A stretch of DNA of 64,000 bases from Myxococcales bacterium (GCA_031431215.1 JANPCZ010000020.1:13852-77851), one strand, 5' to 3'; positions 1 to 10,659 are shown, numbered from the stretch's first letter. The notes: generated by a model from the letters alone, not told the origin. Made by a program: numbers and translations.

Positions 1-1131
<1,131 letters not shown>

Positions 1132-1219
1132 GGAATGCCCTCAGGGGCGGCGGCGAGTGTATCACGAACGCAGCGCGCAGCGGCCCGCGCGTCGGGTCCG
1201 GGCGCGCCACTGGCGGTGC

Positions 1220-1654
1220 CTACCATTCCACTCGGGCGGCGTCGGTCTCGACCCTCGGGGCGCAGTAAATCGCGCGGGTCTTCTTCATCCAAGGGAAGAC
1301 GGCGGTCAGGGTGAAGTGCGCCTCGATCGCGACCACTTTCTTGTCGCGAAAGAAGGTGATCTCGAGCTTCGGGTCCCGCACGCCCAGCTTTTGGATTTTG
1401 GCGGTGGCGTTGGTCTTGAGCTTCCTCAACTCGGGTAGCGCGATCGCGGGCGGTCGCAGGTTCATGAGCCACAGGGTCGGCAAGGCGTCCGACAGCTCGC
1501 TCTTGACGGCGGCACGCAGCTTGAACACGGGGTACAGGCCCCACAGCACGTAAACCACGCCGGCGAGAAAGATCACGAGGCTCACCGAAACCGCGTTGAT
1601 GCGTCTCGGCCTCTTGTAGTCGCTCTTGGGGATGGATTTCGGTAGCAGGGCCAA
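1220..1654 (-). CDS. Small single-TM membrane protein (DUF4845/pilin-like, uncertain)
   Basis: 144-aa ORF with one N-terminal hydrophobic helix (VSLVIFLAGVVYVLWGLYP); TTG start uncertain. Confidence 0.55.
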   Translation of the reverse strand: MALLPKSIPKSDYKRPRRINAVSVSLVIFLAGVVYVLWGLYPVFKLRAAVKSELSDALPTLWLMNLRPPAIALPELRKLKTNATAKIQKLGVRDPKLEITFFRDKKVVAIEAHFTLTAVFPWMKKTRAIYCAPRVETDAARVEW

Positions 1655-1671
1655 GGCAGCGCCTTTCGATC

Positions 1672-2601
1672 TCAGGCCGCAGGTGGGGCCGACGTCTGGG
1701 CTCTAGGTCGCTGCAAGTCTCTGGCGATCTGGGTGCGGAGGCAAATCAGGCCGATGACGGCCTGGGCGGCTAGCGACACCGCCTGGCTGCCCAGGCTGGC
1801 CGCCAGCACCACGTTCGGCGCGTCCCCGGGAGCGTAGCGGGCGAAGAAGTAGATCATGGCAGCCTGAGTGGTGCCGAACCCCCCTACCGAGATGGGCAAC
1901 ACGGCAATGAGGAAGACCACTGGCAAGCACAGCACCGCCTGCACCGGCGGCACTCGCACGTCGAAGGCGCGCAACGACACGTAGCTGAACGCCAGCAGGC
2001 AGCAGATGTGGGGCGCGCGCACCAGCAGCGCCTTGAGGTGGCCCGAGAGGCCGGCGGATAGCAGCACGTCGAAGATCGGCCGCGCGGTCAGGAAACGCGG
2101 GCGTAGCGCCACCGCGGTCAGGTACACCGCGAGACCGGCGTAGGCGACGTAGATCAGCGTCCGCAATGCCGGCACCGTGTCCGCACCCAGCGCCATACCC
2201 GCGGTCGCCAGCAGGAGCAGCATCAGCAGGTTGATCCCCATGATCAGCAGCACCGCAGCCGCACCCCGCAGCACCGGCACGCCGCGCGAGCGGTGCACGA
2301 AGTAGACGATCGCCCCCTGGCCGATGGTGTAGTTCACGAGCGCCAGCAGATACGTGGCGCCGCGGATCGCCAGAACCTCCCGGTAGCGCAGCGGCGCTAC
2401 GAACCAGGTGAAGGTGCGCGCGATGGCGAAAGAATCGGCGAGGTAGATCGGCACCACCAGCAGCGCGAGGGCCGGCACGGTCCAGGGTGCGGCGCGACCG
2501 AGTGCACGTAGCACGTCGGCAATTGGGTACCTCCAGAACAGGTAGCCGAGGATTGCGAGGGTAACCAGCCAGGCGGCGATTCTCGTGAGTCGCTGTTTCA
2601 T
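1672..2601 (-). CDS. Lysylphosphatidylglycerol synthase TM-domain (flippase-like) membrane protein
   Basis: Multi-TM ORF with the motif LPISVGGFGTTQAAM; start MKQRLT at 2601. Confidence 0.8.
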   Translation of the reverse strand: MKQRLTRIAAWLVTLAILGYLFWRYPIADVLRALGRAAPWTVPALALLVVPIYLADSFAIARTFTWFVAPLRYREVLAIRGATYLLALVNYTIGQGAIVYFVHRSRGVPVLRGAAAVLLIMGINLLMLLLLATAGMALGADTVPALRTLIYVAYAGLAVYLTAVALRPRFLTARPIFDVLLSAGLSGHLKALLVRAPHICCLLAFSYVSLRAFDVRVPPVQAVLCLPVVFLIAVLPISVGGFGTTQAAMIYFFARYAPGDAPNVVLAASLGSQAVSLAAQAVIGLICLRTQIARDLQRPRAQTSAPPAA

Positions 2602-2693
2602 CGGGGCCCCGGGGGTGGGGCGCGGCGAATATCGCATACGCCCCTTCCCATTGGCGGGTTTTGCGGCAAACTCGCCGACGGTATCTGCCGATC

Positions 2694-3728
2694 ATGAGCG
2701 CCTCCGAACGTCAGGCAGCGCCGGAGTCCTCGTCGCCCGAGCTGGCGGTGTGTCTGCTGTGCGAGCCGCTGCTGGTAGGCAAGCAGGTCCTGGTGGTGGG
2801 GCCGCTCGCGGCGTCCGCTGGCGCGCACCTGGGCCGAGCGCTGGCTGAAAATGTGACGATGATCGACGGGGTGGATCGCCGCCTGGATCGTCCGGATGGT
2901 TCGGTCGACGTGGCGCTGTGCCTGGCCGGGCTTGGCTCGCTAGCGAGCGACGTCGAGCGGCACCGCTGGCTGGGCGAGATTCACCGGGTATTGAAGCCGC
3001 GCGGGTTCGCGGTGCTGCGGGTGCCGGGCGGCGTGCGGGTGGCGCCGGTGCCGGGCCGGCGGGTGGTGGGCAAGCGGGCGGCGGGAATGTCCCAGGCGGC
3101 GCTGGAGGATCTCGTGCGCCATCATTTCACGACGATAGAGGTGGTGAGCGAGCGGCAGTTTCGTGGGGTCGCTTTCACCGTACCCGGGGTCGAGGACGTC
3201 GCGGTCAACGAGCAGCTGACGTCGCTGGCGGCGCTTGGGGGCCACGGTGCTTTTCACGTCGCCTTTGCGACCGCGGCGCGCGAACGCGTGTGGTCACTCG
3301 GCGAATCCCTGCTGGTACCGATGGCCGACGCTGTGACCGAGCTGGACGACGATCGTCAGGGCGGCGGCCACAACGCTGGCGCCGATCGGGCCGAGGTTGC
3401 CGAGCAGCTCGCGCGCCTGGAAACGCAGGTGCGCGAACTGTCGGGCGAGCGGGACGAACTACGCGAGACCTTGATGCAGACCCAGGATCAAAACGACACC
3501 CGCGACGCGGCGCTGGCGGCCCTGCGCAAGGAAACCGCCCGCCATCTGGAGCAGATTGCGGGCGATGCCGGGGCACTGGAACTGGCCGGGATTGCGCGCG
3601 ACGCCGCGGATCGTCGCGCGATGGAGGCCGAGCAACGTCTGGCCAGCGTCACGAGTGAGCTCAAACAGCGCGAGGCGGCGTGCAAGGGCCTCGAGCGCGA
3701 GCTGGCGAAGCTGCGCAAGAAAGCTTGA
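2694..3728 (+). CDS. Degenerate SAM-methyltransferase-like domain fused to a C-terminal coiled coil
   Basis: DGSVDVALC..WLGEIHRVLKPRG (Methyltransf_11-like), followed by a heptad-rich E/R/A/L region. Confidence 0.65.
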   Translation: MSASERQAAPESSSPELAVCLLCEPLLVGKQVLVVGPLAASAGAHLGRALAENVTMIDGVDRRLDRPDGSVDVALCLAGLGSLASDVERHRWLGEIHRVLKPRGFAVLRVPGGVRVAPVPGRRVVGKRAAGMSQAALEDLVRHHFTTIEVVSERQFRGVAFTVPGVEDVAVNEQLTSLAALGGHGAFHVAFATAARERVWSLGESLLVPMADAVTELDDDRQGGGHNAGADRAEVAEQLARLETQVRELSGERDELRETLMQTQDQNDTRDAALAALRKETARHLEQIAGDAGALELAGIARDAADRRAMEAEQRLASVTSELKQREAACKGLERELAKLRKKA

Positions 3729-4691
3729 TCACGGCGCCGAAAAGACCACGCCGACGGTGATGCCGTAGTACGTCTCGCTGGCGGACGAGTACCCCAGATC
3801 CTGGCCGCCGTGGAACGAGTGCTGGAAGGTGGTGACGCCGACCGCGGTGGTGATGGCCAGGGCGCGCACGAAGGTAAATGCCAGGCCAAGATCAGCGCTG
3901 ACGCCGAAGCTGCGTGCGCGGCTTTCGGCCGCGAGTTCACCGGGGGCGGCGCCCAGCGACAGGCTGGCGAGCACGGTGGCGTTTGCCGTAAGGGCGAGGT
4001 TGGGCGACAGGCCCAGGCGCAGGGCCGAGCCGGCGGTGACGGCGAGCAGGCGCACGGCTGCAAGACAGATGTCTGTGCTGGTGCTGGTGCACAGCGACGG
4101 CAAGGTTTCGGTCGCGTCGCGGACGGCGAAGCGCGATCCGGCCAGGCCAAGCGACGGCACGACCACCACGCGCGGCGAGGGCACGAAGGCGTAACGCAGC
4201 GCCGCCGTCCAGCGATCCTGATTCACCGGTAAGGACAGGGTCGCATTGGCGGCCTGTTGCAGGTTGGCCTTGCCCAGCTCTTTCGCATAGGACGCGGCCA
4301 GGCCCAGGCCGCGAGCAAGCCCACCCAGCGCCAGCAGCGGGAACGCCTCGACTTGCACGACCACGCCGGGACGGGCCAGGGTCGACTCGCGCTGTAGATG
4401 GGCGTCGTATTTGAAGCTGCGTCCGACGCTGGTCGCGCCCAGCGCCAGCGACGCCAGGCGTGGAGCAACGCAGGTCCATGGCAGCTCGGGCGCAGGAGCG
4501 GCAGGCGTCGGGTCGGGGCTGGGCTCGGTCGCCACGGCGCTGCCCGCGCTGCCTGTGCTGCCTGTGCTGCCTGCGGTCGCGGGCAGGTGGCCGCGCGTGA
4601 TTGGCCTGGGCGCGATTTGGGCCAGGGCGGCCGAACCCGGTAGGGCGATGGCGATGGCGACGGCGGCACCGATGTACCGCGTGGCCGTCAC
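3729..4691 (-). CDS. Secreted, probable outer-membrane beta-barrel hypothetical protein
   Basis: Signal peptide (..SAALAQ), Pro/Ser/Thr linker, alternating beta-strand pattern; overlaps the stop of the upstream gene. Confidence 0.6.
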   Translation of the reverse strand: MTATRYIGAAVAIAIALPGSAALAQIAPRPITRGHLPATAGSTGSTGSAGSAVATEPSPDPTPAAPAPELPWTCVAPRLASLALGATSVGRSFKYDAHLQRESTLARPGVVVQVEAFPLLALGGLARGLGLAASYAKELGKANLQQAANATLSLPVNQDRWTAALRYAFVPSPRVVVVPSLGLAGSRFAVRDATETLPSLCTSTSTDICLAAVRLLAVTAGSALRLGLSPNLALTANATVLASLSLGAAPGELAAESRARSFGVSADLGLAFTFVRALAITTAVGVTTFQHSFHGGQDLGYSSASETYYGITVGVVFSAP

Positions 4692-5854
4692 AGGGAGCCT
4701 CGATGTCGGCGGCGCAGTCGGCGCGATGCCAAGCCGATCAGCAGCACCGCCGCCAGCGCCGACACGCCGCCGTCAGGGTCGTCGGGCACAAGCCCGCAGC
4801 CGCCGTGTACCACGCGCTCCTCGTTGTCGAAGGGATCGTTGTTACCGCCGCCGCCGCCCGACCCGCCGCCACCGAAATCGGGCCGTGTGATGGCGCCGCC
4901 GATGCCGCCGCCGCCGGGCTGGACGGTCGCGGCGCCACCCGTACCCGGCAGCGGACGAGGCTCGATCACCGCGCCGCCGCCGTCGCGCGCAGGTCCCGCG
5001 CCCAGGTCGAGCGCGGCGCCGTCTCGCGGTGCTGCGGGCGCGCCTCCGTCCCGCCCGGCACCATCGAAGGCGTTGGGCTTGGGCCCACCGGGCCACGGGC
5101 CAAGGCTAGCGAGCATCATCTGATACGAGTTCTGCGTCTTGCGGCACAGACCGCCCGACACGGGGTTTTCCCGGTTCTCGAAACCGGCGACCTCGGCTTG
5201 CACCGAGGGGTACATGACGTCGAGGCGGCTGGTCGAGTGGGTCAGCCCGACCGTGTGCGCTTGCTCCTGCGCGACGATCGCCGCGCACGTTTTGGCGTTG
5301 ATGCCGCACAGAAAGGCGAAGCTGGTGAAGCCTTCGAGGTTCGTGCAATTGATGGGCGCGACCCCGCCGACGGTCGGTCCCTGGTTGCACCACGCACCTG
5401 ACGACGTGACGATCGACGTGTAGTAGACGCCGGTGGTGGGTCGCTTGAGTGTGAAGACGACGTTGAAGTCGCTGTACCACTCGTCAAGCCAGCGCTGCAC
5501 CTGTCGCTTGCAGTCGTCGAGGTTGACCCCGAACCGGCACTGGTACGCGGGCGGCATCTGGCCCATGCACGGCCGGCTGTCAGTGGGCGGCGGACCGCCG
5601 TCGGCGTACCACAGGTAGACGACCGCGGGGGCGGGGCCGGCGCCGTGGATGCGCGGGGCGGGCGCACGCTCGAGGGCGGGTGGCTCGGGCTGCCAGAGCT
5701 GGAGGTTGCGGATCTCGCCGATGTCGTCGAGTTGGGCGGGGCGGTCGGGCTCCTGCCCGCAGCCCGCGAGCGAACCCGCGGCGGCGAAAGCCGCGCACGC
5801 GGCACGCACGGCCGGTCGCGGGCGGGGGCGTGGGATGTCTCGCGCGGTGCTCAT
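4688..5854 (-). CDS. Metzincin/matrixin-like secreted lipoprotein with a MYXO-CTERM-like C-terminal sorting signal
   Basis: Lipobox LAGC; QEQAHTVGLTH..DVMYP (zinc motif variant plus Met-turn); C-terminal GGC..hydrophobic helix..RRLRRR. Confidence 0.75.
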   Translation of the reverse strand: MSTARDIPRPRPRPAVRAACAAFAAAGSLAGCGQEPDRPAQLDDIGEIRNLQLWQPEPPALERAPAPRIHGAGPAPAVVYLWYADGGPPPTDSRPCMGQMPPAYQCRFGVNLDDCKRQVQRWLDEWYSDFNVVFTLKRPTTGVYYTSIVTSSGAWCNQGPTVGGVAPINCTNLEGFTSFAFLCGINAKTCAAIVAQEQAHTVGLTHSTSRLDVMYPSVQAEVAGFENRENPVSGGLCRKTQNSYQMMLASLGPWPGGPKPNAFDGAGRDGGAPAAPRDGAALDLGAGPARDGGGAVIEPRPLPGTGGAATVQPGGGGIGGAITRPDFGGGGSGGGGGNNDPFDNEERVVHGGCGLVPDDPDGGVSALAAVLLIGLASRRLRRRHRGSL

Positions 5855-5922
5855 GTCGTGACGCCTTCGCGTGACCTGCGACGACTTTCGAGCGTACACC
5901 TCGCTTCGGCAGCAGAACAACC

Positions 5923-5951
5923 TTGACGTACCGCCCCCCGTTCTCTAGATT
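5923..5951 (+). promoter_or_regulatory. Sigma70-type promoter for tRNA-Leu
   Basis: TTGACG-N17-TAGATT, 12 nt upstream of the tRNA. Confidence 0.65.
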
Positions 5952-5963
5952 TTCGCGTCCCGC

Positions 5964-6047
5964 GCGGTCGTGGCGGAACTGGTAGACGCGCCAGATTCAG
6001 GTTCTGGTGATAGCAATATTGTGGGAGTTCGACTCTCCCCGACCGCA
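5964..6047 (+). tRNA. tRNA-Leu (anticodon CAG), CCA not encoded
   Basis: Acceptor GCGGTCG/CGACCGC; D-loop GGAACTGGTAGAC; anticodon arm CCAGA-TTCAGGT-TCTGG; long variable arm; T-loop GTTCGAC. Confidence 0.97.
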
Positions 6048-6058
6048 CAAAGAAGGAC

Positions 6059-6098
6059 GCGAGGTTAGCCGCCGCTTGGAAAGAGCGGCTGACCTCGC
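6059..6098 (+). terminator. Stem-loop after tRNA-Leu (probable terminator)
   Basis: GCGAGGTTAGCCGC ... GCGGCTGACCTCGC, a 14-bp stem with one G-U pair; weak U tract. Confidence 0.55.
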
Positions 6099-6165
6099 TT
6101 CAGTTGAGTCCCCCACCCTCTGCCCCACCTGCGGGTGGGTGAGGAGAGGCCCCAGGAGCCCCCAG

Positions 6166-7961
6166 ATGAATCATCGTGTCTCAAGCGCACTGCTCGCCGT
6201 CTTCTTGACTGCGTGTCTGCAGCCCAACCGATACGTCCCCATGCCCGACGGTGCACCGAGACGCTGAAGGCGGATCCCAGCGTCTTGACGGCCCTCCGAT
6301 GGACGCACGCGAGGACACCGTCTCAGGATCACAGGCCGATGTTCATGGCGACGTGGCGACATCGACTGACTCTGGGGGGGGGATCACAAATCGATGTGGG
6401 GACATCAACAGATTCCAGCCTGGGCTCAAGAGCCGACGCGCCGGCGATGGATTCCGGCAGCGGTGGTGCTGTGGACCGCATCGTGCCAGAAGCGGTCTCG
6501 CGCGCCGGTGGGCAACCTTGCGCAGCTTGCGGAGGAATGCGCGACCGGGTTCTGTGTCGATGGCGTTTGTTGCGCTACCGACTGTCCCGGGTCGTGTGTC
6601 ACATGCGGCGCGCCAGGCAAGCTGGGTATGTGCACGCCGATTCCAGCCGGGACCGGGTCAGCCCCTGGGCATCCTGTGTGCCGGAAGGACGACCCGTCCG
6701 CCTGCACGCAGAACGGGTCGTGCGATGGAGTTGGCAAATGTCAGCTCTATCTGGCTGGAACACCTTGCAGGCCGGAGAGCTGTACCGGCGGGCTCTACAT
6801 CGGGCCGGGGACTTGTAGCGGCCAGGGCATCTGCACCGTCGACGCAGTCACCAGTTGCCTGGTGAATGTGTGCGAAGGCTCCCGCTGCAAGGCTAGCTGC
6901 ACAGCACATTCGGAATGTGGGGGCGGGTACTGCCTGGCTGGGAAGTGTGTCGCGAAGAGGGCGAATGGAATGACATGCGGCGATCCGGCCGAGTGCACTT
7001 CGGGAAACTGCAGCGACGGGGTCTGCTGCGACGGCCCATGCAACGGCAAGTGCGTCGCGTGCCTGATGGCGACCACTGGCTTCCCAAGCGGCCAATGCAA
7101 GCCCGTGCAGGCAGACCTTGACCCACGCGACGACTGCACGGTGTCCGATCCAAGAACGTGCGGGACGGATGGCAAGTGCGACGGCAGTGGAGCTTGTAGG
7201 AAGTACCAAACGGCCACCACCTGCCAGGCGGGGACGTGCGCAAATAGCGGACCTGCGAGCGCGACCGCCAATGGCCCGGGCTTTTGCGATGGCATGGGGG
7301 CCTGCGCGCCTGGCGTCACATCACCCTGCGGGCCGTACCTTTGCACCGGAATCAAGTGCGCGAATTCTTGCCAGGCCAGCAGCGACTGCGCGAGTTCGGC
7401 CTACTGCACCGGCAGCCGCTGTGTTCCACGAAAGGCACTTGGGGCTGTCTGCGCGAACGTCGATGAGTGTGCAGGTGTTTCCGTGTGCGGTGGTCGGTGT
7501 TGCGCAACGGCATGCTCCTGTCCCCAGCAGAGTCAGCAGAACCTCTTCAAAAATGCAGGCTTCGACACCTTGGATGTTTCAGCATGGGGCAGCGGTGGAA
7601 TTCAATGGAATCAAGACGACGCTGACGGCTGTCCGTACTCCGGATCGGTTCGATCGTTCGCGGCCAACGGTTCGCCGACTCAGTGCGCTGCCGTGGTTGG
7701 CGGCACTACTACACGTTCGGTTTCTGGATCAAGACCAACAACTCCAACTTCGACTGCGAAACGAGCTTCTTCACCGGGCCCGGTTGCACCGGCACAGCCA
7801 CGTTTGCGGCGAATATCGACGGCGGACCGATCATTCCAAACTGGGTCTATCAATCGGTTTCGATCCAGGCTCCGGCAAACGCCGTCAGCTTTCAGGTGTA
7901 TTGCGATACGAACGACGCTCTTTTCGACAAGTTCATTCTTTCGCCGGTGTCCAAATTCTAG
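6166..7961 (+). pseudogene. Cys-rich myxobacterial lipoprotein with a C-terminal CBM-like domain, interrupted by ~4 frameshifts
   Basis: MNHRVSSALLAVFLTAC lipobox, then reading continues across frames at ~6260, ~6380 (G9 run), ~6527 and ~7705; repeated CxxGxCxDGVCC units; C-terminal NLFKNAGFD...YTFGFW...FDKFIL. Confidence 0.75.
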
Positions 7962-7973
7962 AGGTCGGGGCCG

Positions 7974-9551
7974 TCAGTCGAGCCAGACGGCGTCGGGCAG
8001 CATGTCGCGCACGGACCGGAAGTGGTCCTCGGCGATGGGCAACTGGAGCCGCGCGAGTGGGTTCTTCTCATCTGTGATGACGGGCCCGGGCCGAACGGCG
8101 AGCGAGACCTCCCACGCGACGAACGATCGGCCGAGCCCTTCGCAATCTGCATTCTCGAAGGTCGACCCGAGGGGAGCTCCGAAAAGCATGGGCCCGTCGG
8201 AGGCAAAGAAGATGTGGTTGGTGGCCCCCCCGGGAGGTTCGTCCGGCGCGCTATCACGGAATACGTGGACATTCGAGAACACCGCACGGATCGTGCGAGC
8301 GACGGCCCATGTGCCCTCAGCTGCGGCTCCGCGGTCGTAGCCGGGGAAATTGAGGGCGAGCACGCCCCCGGGAACCAGCACCGCGCGAATGCGCCGCAAG
8401 ACCTCCACGGAGAGCAGGTGTTCCGGCGTGACCCCACCAGTGAAGGTGTCGTGAATGATGATGTCGTAGCGGCGGTTAGTACGACGAAGGAAGGTGCGTG
8501 CGTCCTCGATGACGACTTCACCTGAGGCCGAGAAGCCAAAATGCTTGGCGGCAATGCGAACAACCTCCGGATCGATCTCGACCACATCGACTCTAATGCC
8601 ACTCGACCGCAACGCGACCGGCGTGGAGCCGACTCCGAGACCGATTTGCAGGAGGCTTTCGGCTCCGGGTCGAACATACCGAACCGTCTCCAGGATGTGC
8701 TGGAAGGCGAAGCATGCAGACTTGTCGCGCATGAATTGCCCTCCGATGATTGAGTGGTCGGCTCGCAGTAACCTGACACCGCGGGCGCTGTCGTCGATCA
8801 CCTCTAGCCGGCCGTAGGGACTCTGTGTCCGTTCCAGGATGGTGATACCGGGCGGTAAACGCAGGGTCGGAGTGGCCATCAAGCCAAGGACGGGCAACAG
8901 GACTGCTGCACCGGCCACCACCCGCTTGCGGAGCATGAGAGGAATCGCGCCAACCACGATGAGTAGCAGGCCGCATCCCAGCGCGATCCGAGTCGTCTCG
9001 AACGTGGGTGCGAGTGCGAATCCTGTCAGGATTGTGCCGAGCAGGCTGCCAACGGTCGAGATGGCGTAGACACCTCCGACCCGATGGCCCGTTGCCCGCA
9101 TGTCGGTGGTGGCAAGGCGAACCGCTACAGGGCCCACGCCCCCCAGCGCGACGAGGCTCGGCCCGAACAGGATCCCGGAGGCGAGCAAAGGTCCGAGCCG
9201 CTGGCCCAGATCCTGTGTGGCGAAAAGAACCGGGTGTCGCAAAGCGGGTGCCAGCGAAAGGAAGATGCCACCAGCCAGCACCAGCACTCCGAGTAGCCGA
9301 ACATCCGGCCAGCGGTCGACGATGACGCCGCCCAGGTAGTAGCCCGCGGCGAGCGACGCAAGTGTGATCGTGAGGAGCGCCGACCAGACGAACAGGCTGA
9401 CGCCGAAGACCGGGCTGATGATTCGCGTGCCGACAATTTCGATCACCATCACAGCGCCACCGCTCACGAATACTGTTCCAAGAAGTTCCGCGCTGGTCGG
9501 GCGAGGCTTGGAGACGGCGTTGCCGTCGCCGGACGGGATGGGTGCGCCCAT
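7974..9551 (-). CDS. Fused MFS-like membrane / spermidine synthase protein
   Basis: N-terminal TM region (VMVIEIVGTRII..FG) and SAM motif LQIGLGVG..VEIDP..EDAR..YDIIIHDTF. Confidence 0.9.
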   Translation of the reverse strand: MGAPIPSGDGNAVSKPRPTSAELLGTVFVSGGAVMVIEIVGTRIISPVFGVSLFVWSALLTITLASLAAGYYLGGVIVDRWPDVRLLGVLVLAGGIFLSLAPALRHPVLFATQDLGQRLGPLLASGILFGPSLVALGGVGPVAVRLATTDMRATGHRVGGVYAISTVGSLLGTILTGFALAPTFETTRIALGCGLLLIVVGAIPLMLRKRVVAGAAVLLPVLGLMATPTLRLPPGITILERTQSPYGRLEVIDDSARGVRLLRADHSIIGGQFMRDKSACFAFQHILETVRYVRPGAESLLQIGLGVGSTPVALRSSGIRVDVVEIDPEVVRIAAKHFGFSASGEVVIEDARTFLRRTNRRYDIIIHDTFTGGVTPEHLLSVEVLRRIRAVLVPGGVLALNFPGYDRGAAAEGTWAVARTIRAVFSNVHVFRDSAPDEPPGGATNHIFFASDGPMLFGAPLGSTFENADCEGLGRSFVAWEVSLAVRPGPVITDEKNPLARLQLPIAEDHFRSVRDMLPDAVWLD

Positions 9552-9624
9552 GACCGGGACGTTATGCCAGGCCGGCGCCAGCCGAAAGGTCGCCGTTCAC
9601 GATCACAACGCTAGACCTTGAGTC

Positions 9625-9687
9625 CGTTAAATGCCGCCTGTCCGGATGCGTGGAGGGGTTATGGGTGACCATCATCTCTACTCCGAC
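9625..9687 (+). mobile_element. Probable group II intron 3' remnant (partial domain V plus domain VI)
   Basis: ..GCCGCCTGTCCGGATGCGTGGAGGGG..ATGG-GTGA-CCAT..CTCT[A]CTCCGAC: domain VI-like hairpin with a bulged A, ending in AC. Confidence 0.55.
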
Positions 9688-9896
9688 TCCCTTGGACTTC
9701 GAGTCCGTGAACAGCCCGCAGATTATCTGCGAGCGGGGGAAGGCGGCCTCCTCATCCCATCTACACTCGGAGAAACGATTGTTGTGGCTCTGCCACCCCC
9801 TCGCGTGCCCTCTGCACCTGTCGTCCCCCCCATCGTTTCACTTACGGGCTGCGGGGTGAAGGCAGGGCTGGCCGGAGGCTAACCGCGCCGGCGATG

Positions 9897-10304
9897 TCAC
9901 GAGGCCTTGAAGGGATCCACCGTCGCGACGCCGAGCGCCCGGAAATCCTTGACGTTACGGGTGGCCACCGTGAACCGATGCACGATCGCGGTGGCCGCTA
10001 TCAAGGCGTCTTCGAGCAACGTGTCGGATCGCTGGTGCATGAGCCGCGCCCAGGTTCTGGCGACACGACCGTCGATCGGCAACACGTTCTGGTTCTGCTC
10101 CAGGGTATCGATCCATGCCTCGATCTCGGTCGCCTTTTCCGGGTTCTGGTCCCGCGTGAGTTCGACACCGCGTTGAAGCTCGCCCAATGTGGCCGCCGAC
10201 ATGTACAGCCCCCTGGCAGGAATACCCGCGAGCCACGCCAGAACGCCGCCGTGTGGACGGGCTCTCCTCAACTCGGAGACGACGTTGGTGTCGAGCAAAT
10301 ACAT
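9897..10304 (-). CDS. vapC: VapC PIN-domain toxin
   Basis: YLLDTNVVSEL..SAATLGEL..DALIAATA..VATRNVKDF. Confidence 0.93.
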   Translation of the reverse strand: MYLLDTNVVSELRRARPHGGVLAWLAGIPARGLYMSAATLGELQRGVELTRDQNPEKATEIEAWIDTLEQNQNVLPIDGRVARTWARLMHQRSDTLLEDALIAATAIVHRFTVATRNVKDFRALGVATVDPFKAS

Positions 10305-10327
10305 GGTCGCGCTGGCTAGCCTCGGCC

Positions 10328-10594
10328 CTACGTCAGGCGTACGGCGCGCCGTCTGCGCAGGCGCCGTCGGGGCGGGACCAAACCCTCGAATCGCGGGCCG
10401 TCGCCCGTCAACAACGCCTTGAGGCTAGGAGGCGCTTCATCACGTCGTCGCCAGTCGTCGATGGGAACCAGGACCGCCATCTCGACACCCCGACGAGTTA
10501 CGACCTGAGCACCGTCGCGCAGGGAGGCCTCCAGAAACTCGCTGAATCGAGCCTTAGCCTCCTGCAGCTGCCACGTGCGCGGGTTGGGCCTCAT
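10328..10594 (-). CDS. Phd/YefM-family antitoxin
   Basis: WQLQEAKARFSE..GAQVVTRRG..AVLVP; directly upstream of vapC. Confidence 0.9.
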   Translation of the reverse strand: MRPNPRTWQLQEAKARFSEFLEASLRDGAQVVTRRGVEMAVLVPIDDWRRRDEAPPSLKALLTGDGPRFEGLVPPRRRLRRRRAVRLT

Positions 10595-10598
10595 GCTG

Positions 10599-10616
10599 AC
10601 TAGTTATATGACCAGT
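10599..10616 (-). promoter_or_regulatory. Palindromic operator overlapping the -10 box of the toxin-antitoxin operon
   Basis: Imperfect palindrome ACTAGTTA-TA-TGACCAGT; on the minus strand TATAAC lies 8 nt before the ATG. Confidence 0.6.
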
Positions 10617-10659
10617 TCGTCCTTGTGGCCACCGCGATTTTCCCCTGGGGGGTGGGGCC

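Noticed and set aside
4541-4575. 9-bp tandem repeat GCTGCCTGT
   Set aside because: It simply encodes a GST/GSA low-complexity linker.
6029-6047. Possible att site: tRNA-Leu 3' sequence CGACTCTCCCC recurs at ~44178
   Set aside because: The match is short, is one arm of a local hairpin, and no integrase lies between the sites.
6394-8340. 648-aa ORF taken as an intact gene
   Set aside because: Its N- and C-terminal parts are out of frame, and the tail overlaps the spermidine synthase gene on the other strand. It is better explained as the frameshifted gene 6166-7961.
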